Assembly (NCBI GenBank): GCA_964537895.1
Contig: CAZIDK010000001.1
Location: 51,229 to 115,228 of the forward strand
Length of the DNA stretch: 64,000 nt
DNA from: an uncultured Gammaproteobacteria bacterium
GTDB lineage: Bacteria > Patescibacteriota > Microgenomatia > Levybacterales > UBA12049
Reading direction: 5' to 3'
The position numbers were made by a program, and so were the translations under genes. Positions 1-7,458 of the stretch are shown here, piece after piece (position 1 is the first letter of the stretch; every line of letters begins with the position of its first letter). The notes under the pieces were generated by a model, which saw only the letters and a program-made list of their open reading frames with translations, was not told the origin of the DNA and did no database searches.

Positions 1-171
1 GATAAATGGGGATTTATTAACTGCATAAACAGTTCTTTTTGTAGGTAGCGGGATAGGACCAACAACCTTAGCTCCGGTTCTAATGGCCGTATCTAAAATT
101 TGCTGACACGTAGAGTCAATGACTCTTGCGTCGTAACTTTTTAAACGTACTCTTATTCTTCCTTTTGGCAT
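1..171 (-). CDS. rpsJ: 30S ribosomal protein S10, N-terminal part (3' end runs off the window)
   Basis: The reverse complement of 1-171 translates to MPKGRIRVRLKSYDARVIDSTCQQILDTAIRTGAKVVGPIPLPTKRTVYAVNKSPFI, the canonical S10 N-terminus. The ATG is at 169-171. Immediately downstream of tuf, as in the S10 operon. Absent from the ORF track because there is no stop inside the window. Confidence 0.8.
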   Translation of the reverse strand, partial: MPKGRIRVRLKSYDARVIDSTCQQILDTAIRTGAKVVGPIPLPTKRTVYAVNKSPFI

Positions 172-261
172 ATTTTAATGTCCTGCCCGTCTTAATGTGC
201 TCTTTAAAGCGTGAACGAATAGTTCTGAAAAGCTTTAAAGCAAGCCTTGGCGGGTCTATTA

Positions 262-285
262 TAAAAAAATGACCTCTCGGTCATT
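262..285 (-). terminator. Intrinsic terminator after tuf
   Basis: Minus-strand hairpin ATGACC-GAGA-GGTCAT followed by a run of 7 T (A-run on the plus strand at 263-269), directly downstream of the tuf stop. Confidence 0.6.
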
Positions 286-307
286 GATTTTAACACCTAT
301 TAAGGTT

Positions 308-1489
308 TTAAGCAATAATCTTTGAGATTACTCCGGCTCCAACCGTTTTTCCGCCTTCACGTACCGCGAATCTTACTCCTTCTTCCATGGCAACCGGTAC
401 AATAAGTTTAACTGTCATTTTGGTATTGTCTCCGGGCATAACCATTTCAACACCTGTAGGAAGCGCTACTTCCGCCGTTACGTCTGTTGTCCTAATAAAA
501 AATTGCGGTCTGTAGCCTGTAAAGAACGGCGTGTGCCGTCCTCCTTCTTCCTTGGCAAGAATATAAACTTCCGCTTCAAACTCTTTATGAGGCGTAATCG
601 AGCCGGGTTTGGCAATAACCTGTCCTCTTTCTACGTCTGCTTTTTCAACTCCGCGGAGTAAAAGTCCGACATTATCTCCTGCCTGACCGTCTTCAAGCTG
701 TTTTTTAAACATTTCGACGCCGGTTACAACGGATTGCTTTGTTGCCTTAATTCCGACTATTTCAACAGCATCGTTAATCTTAACCTTACCTCTTTCGATT
801 CTTCCTGTTACAACTGTTCCTCTTCCTTTAATTGAAAAAACATCTTCAACAGGCATTAAGAATGGTTTATCCAAATCTCTTACGGGTGTTGGAATAAAAG
901 TGTCAACCGCATCCATTAAGGCTAAGATTTGTTTTTCCGCTTCCGCGTCCCCTTCCAAAGCTTTGAGCGCTGAACCGCGAATAATTGGAACGTCTGCTCC
1001 GGGATATTGATATTTTGTTAATAATTCCCTTACTTCCATTTCAACCAAATCCAAAAGTTCTTCATCGGAAACCATATCGCATTTGTTAAGGAAAACAACA
1101 ATTGCGGGCACTCCGACTTGTCTGGCTAGTAAAATGTGTTCTCTTGTTTGTGGCATGGGGCCGTCGGGGGCTGAAACTACGAGGATTGCGCCGTCCATTT
1201 GAGCGGCTCCCGTAATCATGTTCTTAATATAATCTGCGTGACCCGGTGCGTCGATGTGTGCGTAGTGTCTCTTGTCTGTTTCGTATTCGATGTGGGAAAT
1301 GTTGATGGTGACTCCTCTTGCTTTTTCTTCCGGGGCGTTATCGATATCTTCGTACTTTTTGGCTGTTGCCTGTCCTTTTTTGGACAAAACAGTGGCAATA
1401 GCTGCTGTTAAGGTTGTCTTACCATGATCAACGTGACCAATGGTTCCAATATTTACATGTGGTTTTGTTCTTTTATATACGTCTGCCAT
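308..1489 (-). CDS. tuf: Elongation factor Tu
   Basis: [16 protein letters not shown] and NKCD GTPase motifs; full-length EF-Tu homology. Start moved to the ATG at 1489 ([20 protein letters not shown]...); the ORF-track N-terminal extension is not EF-Tu-like. Confidence 0.95.
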   Translation of the reverse strand: MADVYKRTKPHVNIGTIGHVDHGKTTLTAAIATVLSKKGQATAKKYEDIDNAPEEKARGVTINISHIEYETDKRHYAHIDAPGHADYIKNMITGAAQMDGAILVVSAPDGPMPQTREHILLARQVGVPAIVVFLNKCDMVSDEELLDLVEMEVRELLTKYQYPGADVPIIRGSALKALEGDAEAEKQILALMDAVDTFIPTPVRDLDKPFLMPVEDVFSIKGRGTVVTGRIERGKVKINDAVEIVGIKATKQSVVTGVEMFKKQLEDGQAGDNVGLLLRGVEKADVERGQVIAKPGSITPHKEFEAEVYILAKEEGGRHTPFFTGYRPQFFIRTTDVTAEVALPTGVEMVMPGDNTKMTVKLIVPVAMEEGVRFAVREGGKTVGAGVISKIIA

Positions 1490-1574
1490 ATTATTACTTG
1501 TCCCGCTGGAATCAATCTTGAGGCGTGAACGAAAGTTTCGATAAAGCCGAAAGTTTGATTCCTTGTGGGAAATC

Positions 1575-1600
1575 AAAAAAATGACCCCCTTGGAAGGTCA
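1575..1600 (-). terminator. Intrinsic terminator upstream of tuf (minus-strand orientation)
   Basis: Minus-strand hairpin TGACC-ttccaaggg-GGTCA followed by TTTTTTT. Insulates tuf from upstream transcription. Confidence 0.5.
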
Positions 1601-1627
1601 AGTACAAATATACAGCATTTTCCCAAA

Positions 1628-1725
1628 TTCGTCAAGAGTCAAAATACCTTGACTCGAAGACCCGCCAAAATCGCTGCACGAAACGTATTCGAATCGAGTC
1701 TGACTCGACGAATAGAATTGACCTG
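1628..1725. repeat. REP/MITE-like palindromic intergenic repeat, copy A
   Basis: Shares modules (gtcaagagtca, gactcgaagac, cgtattcgaat...gaatagaattg) with copies at 10795-10905, 19262-19430, 22801-22895, 39151-39262 and 40836-41015. Internally palindromic (tcgaatcgagtctgactcgacga). Confidence 0.5.
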
Positions 1726-1796
1726 CCCGCAATGCTTCGCATAGCGAGGCGGGCGGGAAAGGCGAAAAGCAAATTATGTGGGGTCAATAGGGAAAA

Positions 1797-2432
1797 TTAG
1801 AGATTTTTTACTTCTTCACCGTTTACTTCTATCCCTTTTGTTTCTTTTACAAAAAAATCAATTCCGTCAGACTCCAGTTTTAAATATGCTAAATTAGAAA
1901 TCTCTATAAAATAAATGTCTCTATTTATTTTCCCAAGCCTGGTTAATAACACTCTCATTGGCCCTCCGTGTGTAACAACCAAAATATTTTTTCCAGGATT
2001 TGCGATGGCTAATTCTCTTAAGAATGTTATAAATCTACTCATTAGCTCTTTATCGCTTTCCATTGATGGGTGATGTTTATATGAAAATCTTGAACTTTCA
2101 TCAAGCTGTTTAAGTGTCGCTTCTATTTCTTTTAACGTTGTCCAGTGCCGGCCTTCAAATATCCCAAATTCCCGCTCTCTTAAGGCTTTTATAGTTTTAA
2201 CAACTAACTTATGCTCAAGGGCGATAATTTCGGCCGTTTGTTTTGCTCTTAAAAGATCCGAAGAAAATACTTTATCAAATTTTATGTGTTTTAATTCTTT
2301 TGCGAGCCCTAAAGCTTGAGCTTTACCTGTTGAATCAAGGATTCTATCTGTATGGCCCTGAATTTTACCTTTTTCATTCCAGTCTGTCCTCCCATGTCTA
2401 ACCAAATAAATCGTGCAGAAATTATTTTTCAT
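1797..2432 (-). CDS. Histidine phosphatase family protein (phosphoglycerate-mutase-like)
   Basis: N-terminal LVRHGRTDWN (RHG catalytic motif) and a later THGG motif typical of the histidine phosphatase superfamily. Confidence 0.7.
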   Translation of the reverse strand: MKNNFCTIYLVRHGRTDWNEKGKIQGHTDRILDSTGKAQALGLAKELKHIKFDKVFSSDLLRAKQTAEIIALEHKLVVKTIKALREREFGIFEGRHWTTLKEIEATLKQLDESSRFSYKHHPSMESDKELMSRFITFLRELAIANPGKNILVVTHGGPMRVLLTRLGKINRDIYFIEISNLAYLKLESDGIDFFVKETKGIEVNGEEVKNL

Positions 2433-2977
2433 TTTATATTTTTATACATTAATATTTCATCTTCAAAAGTATTGTTTCTAAATATTCCGTTTGGTAATTT
2501 GCCGTATTCTGTAAAACCAGATCTTTCATATATCCTTTTCGCAATTGAATTTTTCGAAAAAACTCCAAGTGTCACGATTTTTAAAGTTGACATTTCCTTT
2601 TCCGCCTCTTTTAAGGTCAATTCCATCAACAATTTTCCAATTCCTTCACCCCTATAATCTTTTAAAACAGAAATTGCCAATTTTCCAACATGTTTTTCTG
2701 TTTTATCCATCATATGGATATCCGAAGCTGCTATTAATTTATTGTCATAAAAAACAAGAAGATGTACTGCTTTTTTGTTTTTTATTGCTTCTAGTTTTGC
2801 ATTAAGATATTTTGTTTCGCTATCCAAAGTTTCCTGTTCACCTTGATATCTTATAAAAGTTTTCTCTTTAGATAATTCATTTATAAATTTTAACAATTCA
2901 ATTAAATCATTTTTCTGTGAATACCGAACGATAATTTCTTTTCCAGTTTTAGTTTTTCCTTGATAAACAATTTTCAT
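2429..2977 (-). CDS. GNAT family N-acetyltransferase
   Basis: Acetyl-CoA binding-like motif RGEGIGKLLM; length typical of GNAT; 4-nt overlap with the downstream gene. Confidence 0.65.
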   Translation of the reverse strand: MKIVYQGKTKTGKEIIVRYSQKNDLIELLKFINELSKEKTFIRYQGEQETLDSETKYLNAKLEAIKNKKAVHLLVFYDNKLIAASDIHMMDKTEKHVGKLAISVLKDYRGEGIGKLLMELTLKEAEKEMSTLKIVTLGVFSKNSIAKRIYERSGFTEYGKLPNGIFRNNTFEDEILMYKNIK

Positions 2978-3011
2978 GTTTTGATTATAGCACTTTTGAG
3001 GCTATAAACGA

Positions 3012-3365
3012 TTAAATCAATTTAATACCGATTGCATAAATTCCATTTTTCTTTATCGCTTCTTCGTATCCGGTAAAAGAATTATAGCTTTTTATTCCCG
3101 CCTCGATAGTCTTAGGTTCATTAGACAAAACGTTATCCACGCCTTCTGCTTCCAGCATCTCTTTAACATTAGAATAATGATGTAAAAAGTTTACCCGCAC
3201 TTTTAGTTCCTCTCCGAGTGAAGTAAAAAAGACTATGATATCGTCTTTTTGCAATTTATCCCATGGAACGTTTGCCCATTTTGTTAAAGCCCGTCCTTCA
3301 ACAGTTTTAATTCCCGCTTTAATTGCTGCAAATGGTCTATCGTTAAGATGAGCTTTATATAACAT
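3012..3365 (-). CDS. ASCH (PUA-like) domain protein
   Basis: About 117 aa with an N-terminal IKAGIKTVEGR pattern like the ASCH GxKTxExR motif. Confidence 0.45.
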   Translation of the reverse strand: MLYKAHLNDRPFAAIKAGIKTVEGRALTKWANVPWDKLQKDDIIVFFTSLGEELKVRVNFLHHYSNVKEMLEAEGVDNVLSNEPKTIEAGIKSYNSFTGYEEAIKKNGIYAIGIKLI

Positions 3366-3418
3366 GACTTGATTATATCAATTTTCTTATTTGAACTTAA
3401 TTTGCTAGAATATGATTT

Positions 3419-4066
3419 ATGAAGTCTCTAATGATTGCGCACCGCGGAGATACTGTAAATTTTCCGGAAAATACTATCGCAGCTTTTGAGTCTGCTTTTG
3501 AAAAAGGAGCCGACGGAATAGAATTGGATGTTCATTTAGACAAGAATGGAAATGTAATCGTTGTCCACGATTATTTATTTGACGAGAATAAAAAATATCC
3601 ATTTCTAGAAGACGTATTAAAACAATTCGGACAAAAAGGACGACTGGAAATAGAAATAAAATCTCTGGACCCAAAATGCGTTACCGAAGTTGGAAAGTTG
3701 ATTAAAAAATATAATCCAAAAGACTTTGAAATTACTTCCAGTGTTTTACCACTTTTCCACTACATTAAAAAAGAATTTCCAGATGAAAAAATAGGTTTGA
3801 TTTTTGATGAAAAACTTCTTTCCGAATGGATGACAAAAGAATTTATCGAAAAACTGTTTCTTTCCTATATGAAATTAACCGGCGCAAATGTTTTTCATAT
3901 TTCTTTGGATTATTGGTCAAAAAATCTTGTGAATCTTATGCACAAAAATGATTTTTTAACGCACGTTCATTTAAAAAATTGGGGAATTGATAAATATAGA
4001 GAAGCTGTAGATTTAGGAATTGATCAAATTACTACTGATGACATAAATCTAATTAAGAAAATTTGA
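3419..4066 (+). CDS. Glycerophosphodiester phosphodiesterase (GDPD family)
   Basis: IAHRGD...ENT...AF...GADGIELDVHLDKNGNVIVVHD matches the GDPD catalytic signature (HR(G)...E...D). Confidence 0.8.
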   Translation: MKSLMIAHRGDTVNFPENTIAAFESAFEKGADGIELDVHLDKNGNVIVVHDYLFDENKKYPFLEDVLKQFGQKGRLEIEIKSLDPKCVTEVGKLIKKYNPKDFEITSSVLPLFHYIKKEFPDEKIGLIFDEKLLSEWMTKEFIEKLFLSYMKLTGANVFHISLDYWSKNLVNLMHKNDFLTHVHLKNWGIDKYREAVDLGIDQITTDDINLIKKI

Positions 4067-4089
4067 CTTCTGAGTCTGTATCCTATAAT
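4063..4089 (+). promoter_or_regulatory. Sigma70-like promoter, TTGACT-N15-TATAAT, 10 nt upstream of the ATG at 4100
   Basis: TTGACT at 4063-4068 and TATAAT at 4084-4089. The predicted start site is within a few nt of the ATG, giving a leaderless or very short-leader mRNA. Confidence 0.5.
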
Positions 4090-4099
4090 ATACACTGCT

Positions 4100-4768
4100 A
4101 TGACAGAGGACGGCAGAAGATCATCATTTGATGAATTAAGAGCTATCGTTGGATCAAAGCCGGTACTAACCGGCGAATTTAGAGTAGCCCCTCGTATTAC
4201 AGACATTGAAGCCGTATTCCCTACTGCTAGAATGAATGAAGATACTGATGAAGCTTTGGCAGACCAAGCAAGAACAGCTTATGACGATCAACTTGAAAAA
4301 CACGTTAAGGAAAAAGGAAATACTGAACTTTTAGGAAAGCTTGCCAGGTTAAATTTTATAAGAGGATCTCTTGGGTATGGCGACCATAGACTAGCCAGAC
4401 ACCTAAGGATTACCACAACCGAGAAGGATCGGAAAGGCGACCATAGACTGGCTCAGTATCTAGGCATTACCACTAATCAAGTTCAAAGAGGCGACCTACG
4501 AGGACGCCGGAAAAAAGAGGTTGGTAGATTTGAAGAAAGGTTTAATGGTTTCTTTGCGCTTTCAAGTATCTTAGCGGAATCAGTAGAGGATGTTATAGAT
4601 AGACGAATCGCTCTTGAAACACCGAATGGTAAATTAAGTAGCGTAAGCGTTAGCGATGCTATAAAAGCAGGCTATATTAATATTGCAGTTGCCATTGCTC
4701 TTGAGGCGGTTAGACATAATGAGTCATCGGGGGATAATCAGCGAGTACCTGAACCACCTCTTGAATAA
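4100..4768 (+). CDS. Hypothetical protein with an internal imperfect direct repeat (GDHRLA-x-L-x-ITT twice)
   Basis: 669-nt ORF behind a near-consensus promoter. GC is visibly higher than in neighbouring genes. No recognisable domain. DNA repeat units at about 4379-4420 and 4436-4478. Confidence 0.45.
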   Translation: MTEDGRRSSFDELRAIVGSKPVLTGEFRVAPRITDIEAVFPTARMNEDTDEALADQARTAYDDQLEKHVKEKGNTELLGKLARLNFIRGSLGYGDHRLARHLRITTTEKDRKGDHRLAQYLGITTNQVQRGDLRGRRKKEVGRFEERFNGFFALSSILAESVEDVIDRRIALETPNGKLSSVSVSDAIKAGYINIAVAIALEAVRHNESSGDNQRVPEPPLE

Positions 4769-5151
4769 TTCTCTCCTGTATTCTTATTTCTACCAAGAAG
4801 ATAACCAAAGCCGATTGTAATAATTGGGTAAACTAAATATGCAATGCCGATTTCTTTTATGTACGAAGGAACGCTCATTTTAATCGGCCCCCAAATAAAC
4901 ATAAAATAATCAAAAGAAAGGCTAATTGCTAAAAAAAGAATGCCTAAAAAAATTCCTTCCTTAAGATTGCCTTCTGTTTTCTTAAAATAAAGAATGGAAA
5001 ATATTACAACAGTGGCAACGGAAATTACGGTCATTAAAGAGTCGAATAAAAAGGGTTCTGGTTTTTTAAACGGGAAAATAGCAATAGAAATAATAAAAGG
5101 AATAAGCCAAAGCAAAAACCCGTATATCAAAGCATTCTTTAAAGATTTCAT
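4738..5151 (-). CDS. Small integral membrane protein (about 4 TM helices)
   Basis: Hydrophobic segments throughout; AAGGAG Shine-Dalgarno upstream of the ATG at 5151; convergent 30-nt overlap with 4100-4768. Confidence 0.5.
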   Translation of the reverse strand: MKSLKNALIYGFLLWLIPFIISIAIFPFKKPEPFLFDSLMTVISVATVVIFSILYFKKTEGNLKEGIFLGILFLAISLSFDYFMFIWGPIKMSVPSYIKEIGIAYLVYPIITIGFGYLLGRNKNTGENYSRGGSGTR

Positions 5152-5355
5152 CTCCTTGTTCTACTCTGTGAGACTGGCTTTCCGTCTCTTGATAAAATTC
5201 TTAGAGCATCTCCCGATTCAAATCTCGTTTTTTCCGATGCGTATGGGCTACCAAGAATGGCCGTATGTCTTCTTATGGCTTCCTCTTTCTCCACTCTTCC
5301 CGATTCCATCTCGATCATAAACTTAATATAAATCTTGATAACAACAATGTCAAAC

Positions 5356-5387
5356 TACCCAACTCTTCCCGTGAATGTGGATTTGGA
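5356..5387 (-). repeat. 30-nt dispersed repeat, copy 1 (TCCAAATCCACATTCACGGGAAGAGTTGGGTA in minus sense)
   Basis: 32/32 identical to 7460-7491. Intergenic here, same orientation as the other two copies. Confidence 0.8.
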
Positions 5388-5412
5388 AAAATAATGATAC
5401 TATAATATCGCT

Positions 5413-6291
5413 ATGGAAGATCAGGAAAGATTAAAGCTTCCAAAAAAGGAAAAAACTATACCCTACGCCGTTCTTTTAGATGCTGACGGAGTAGTAACAA
5501 ACCCGTGGACAAGAGAGGTTAATCAAAAAGTAATAAATTCAGTGTTTTCTTTTCTGCAAAAAGAAATTCCTGTTTTCATAAATACGGGTAGGACTCTTGA
5601 ATGGTCAGAGCAAAATGTTCTCGTACCCTTAATGAATCTTGCTCAAAAAACAGGAACAAACAAATCAATATTTAAAAATTTTGTAATGATGGGAGAGATG
5701 GGAGTTTTCGCAGCAACTTTTGACGACCAAGGAAAAAGAACGGATTTACCTCAAGATACAAGCGTAACAGAAATACCGCCCGGTCTAAGAAAGAAAGTTT
5801 ATGACATTGTAGAAAATGGATATTCGGATACTATGTTTGAAGGTGATATGTATAAAACTATTCTTGCTCCACAAATGCAATACAACATGTCGGATGAGCA
5901 AATTCAAAAATACAAAAAAGACCAGCAAAGGCTAAAAAATGAATTGGAACCGTTTATTCCGGATAATTTTGATCTAAAATTTTCAGCGATTGCAGTTGAA
6001 ATAAAAGACAAAAAGCATGGGAAAGGAATCGGAGGAAAACGTGCTATCCAAATTTTAAGAGAAAGAAAAATCACTCCAAATCAAGTAATAACGGTAGGAG
6101 ACAGCCCGGCCGATATTAAAATGGCGGAAAAAATAAACGAGGAAGGAATAAAAGTTGAATTCGTTTTTGTCGGAGATCCGGCGAAAAGAGAAGAATTTGA
6201 TAACTTCCCTTTCCCCGTTGTGTTTACACAAAATTCTTATGACAAAGGTACAGAGGAATTTTTTGACAAATTTGCCGCTAAACTCAATTAA
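5413..6291 (+). CDS. HAD superfamily hydrolase
   Basis: Motif I LLDADGVV (DxDG) and motif IV GDSPADIKMA. TATAAT lies 6 nt upstream of the ATG, suggesting a leaderless transcript. Confidence 0.65.
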   Translation: MEDQERLKLPKKEKTIPYAVLLDADGVVTNPWTREVNQKVINSVFSFLQKEIPVFINTGRTLEWSEQNVLVPLMNLAQKTGTNKSIFKNFVMMGEMGVFAATFDDQGKRTDLPQDTSVTEIPPGLRKKVYDIVENGYSDTMFEGDMYKTILAPQMQYNMSDEQIQKYKKDQQRLKNELEPFIPDNFDLKFSAIAVEIKDKKHGKGIGGKRAIQILRERKITPNQVITVGDSPADIKMAEKINEEGIKVEFVFVGDPAKREEFDNFPFPVVFTQNSYDKGTEEFFDKFAAKLN

Positions 6292-6744
6292 CTACTCAAC
6301 TCTTCCGGTGAATGTGGATTTTGCAATAAATTCATCTACCTTTTTCTTAATTTTCCTGTATGTTTCTTCAGATTCTTTTGTTTTTTCCTCTTCGGTTTTT
6401 TGATTTCCTTCTATATCATTAATATCCCAAACTTCAAAATTTTTATTATTAAAACCTAAATTATCAACGCAAAAATCGTAAATATCTTTTTTTATAAAAA
6501 TAGTAAAATCTCCCTGATTAAGTAAGTCTTTTGTGGTTTTTTGCCAGTTGGGTTTTTCAAAAGGAACCAGATGCTCTTTTTGGATAATTCTTTGAGCACG
6601 CCAAGTTATCGGACCTCTCATATTATGGTCTGCCTCGATTCCGCTTGAAATAGCTTTAATATTTTTCAGTTTTTTTGAATTTAAATACGCCTCTGCCAAA
6701 CGGCTTCTATAGGAGTTTCCTGTGCAGATAAAGTGAATAATCAT
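6292..6744 (-). CDS. Low-molecular-weight protein tyrosine phosphatase / arsenate-reductase-like
   Basis: CTGNSYRS P-loop (Cx5R(S)) right after the start. Start moved to the ATG at 6744 (MIIHFICTGNSYRS...). The C-terminus is made of the 30-nt repeat. Confidence 0.65.
   Translation of the reverse strand: MIIHFICTGNSYRSRLAEAYLNSKKLKNIKAISSGIEADHNMRGPITWRAQRIIQKEHLVPFEKPNWQKTTKDLLNQGDFTIFIKKDIYDFCVDNLGFNNKNFEVWDINDIEGNQKTEEEKTKESEETYRKIKKKVDEFIAKSTFTGRVE
6293..6323 (-). repeat. 30-nt dispersed repeat, copy 2 (3 mismatches); encodes the last 9 codons (KSTFTGRVE*) of the LMW-PTP gene
   Basis: ctactcaactcttccggtgaatgtggattttg compared with the copies at 5356 and 7460. Confidence 0.75.
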
Positions 6745-6886
6745 TTTTATGTAAAATCTTCTGCTTTCTCTTGCGGGTTCCATCCAAATGGATTCGACAC
6801 ATCGTGGATTCTTCTTTCGTTATCTGAAACTGCGTACATCAGTACGAAGTTATTTGGAATATCTTGCGCCCCAATTATTTTTTTTA

Positions 6887-7438
6887 TTAAAGAAACGCAG
6901 TCGTTATGGGAAAGCCAGGCTGCTCTTTCTTCGAAGGGATATTTTCTGTTGAAGGTGGAGCATTACCCGGATTCACTCCTCCAAAGCGGACTGCAACAAC
7001 CTCCAGTCCCTTTGAGGCAAAATATCTTCCGAGAGATTCGATAAAAACTTTATCCGCCCCATACGGGCTATCGAGAGTTGGGATGTGATTAACTGAAATA
7101 TATGGAGGGGTTTGCCAACCATAAAAAGTATCTGCATGAATAGAACTTGCCATAATAACTCTTGGAACCTTAGCTTCTCTTGCTGCTTTATATACGTTAA
7201 AAGCCATTAAGAAGTTATCTGGGTCTATATTTTCATTTCTGAAGTTTTCCGTCTTGGAATTCCAGGCTAAGTGGATTATTGCAGAGTGGCTTTGAACAGC
7301 TTTTAGAAGTTGACTATAATCTCTAACGTCAACTTCCTGAAAGTCGATTGGGGTTATTTCGAAGTCTTTTGACAATCCTTCCTTGAGTACAGTTCCGATT
7401 GTCCCATTGGAACCAGTTATAGCTATTCTTTCTTTCAT
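6887..7438 (-). CDS. NAD(P)-dependent epimerase/dehydratase (SDR) family protein, possibly C-terminally truncated
   Basis: Rossmann motif ITGSNGTIGT and a YGADK (YxxxK) catalytic dyad, but only 183 aa. An adjacent frame downstream continues protein-like for about 40 codons, so a frameshift is possible. Confidence 0.5.
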   Translation of the reverse strand: MKERIAITGSNGTIGTVLKEGLSKDFEITPIDFQEVDVRDYSQLLKAVQSHSAIIHLAWNSKTENFRNENIDPDNFLMAFNVYKAAREAKVPRVIMASSIHADTFYGWQTPPYISVNHIPTLDSPYGADKVFIESLGRYFASKGLEVVAVRFGGVNPGNAPPSTENIPSKKEQPGFPITTAFL

Positions 7439-7458
7439 TAAGAGGAATTATACTACTT

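Noticed and set aside
1199-1411. ORFs of 70 and 60 aa on both strands inside tuf
   Set aside because: They lie entirely within the well-supported EF-Tu reading frame, have low-complexity or odd composition, and show no homology. They are alternate-frame artefacts.
1490-1576. N-terminal 29-aa extension on EF-Tu from the ORF track
   Set aside because: EF-Tu homology starts at [13 protein letters not shown]... (the ATG at 1489). The extension has no counterpart in EF-Tu and would run over an upstream terminator hairpin.
4100-4790. Reading the higher-GC repeat-containing region as a structured RNA gene (RNase P-like, because of GGAAAGGCGACCATAGAC)
   Set aside because: The match to the P4 region is superficial, the other conserved regions are absent, and a 222-codon open frame with a strong promoter immediately before its ATG fits protein coding better.
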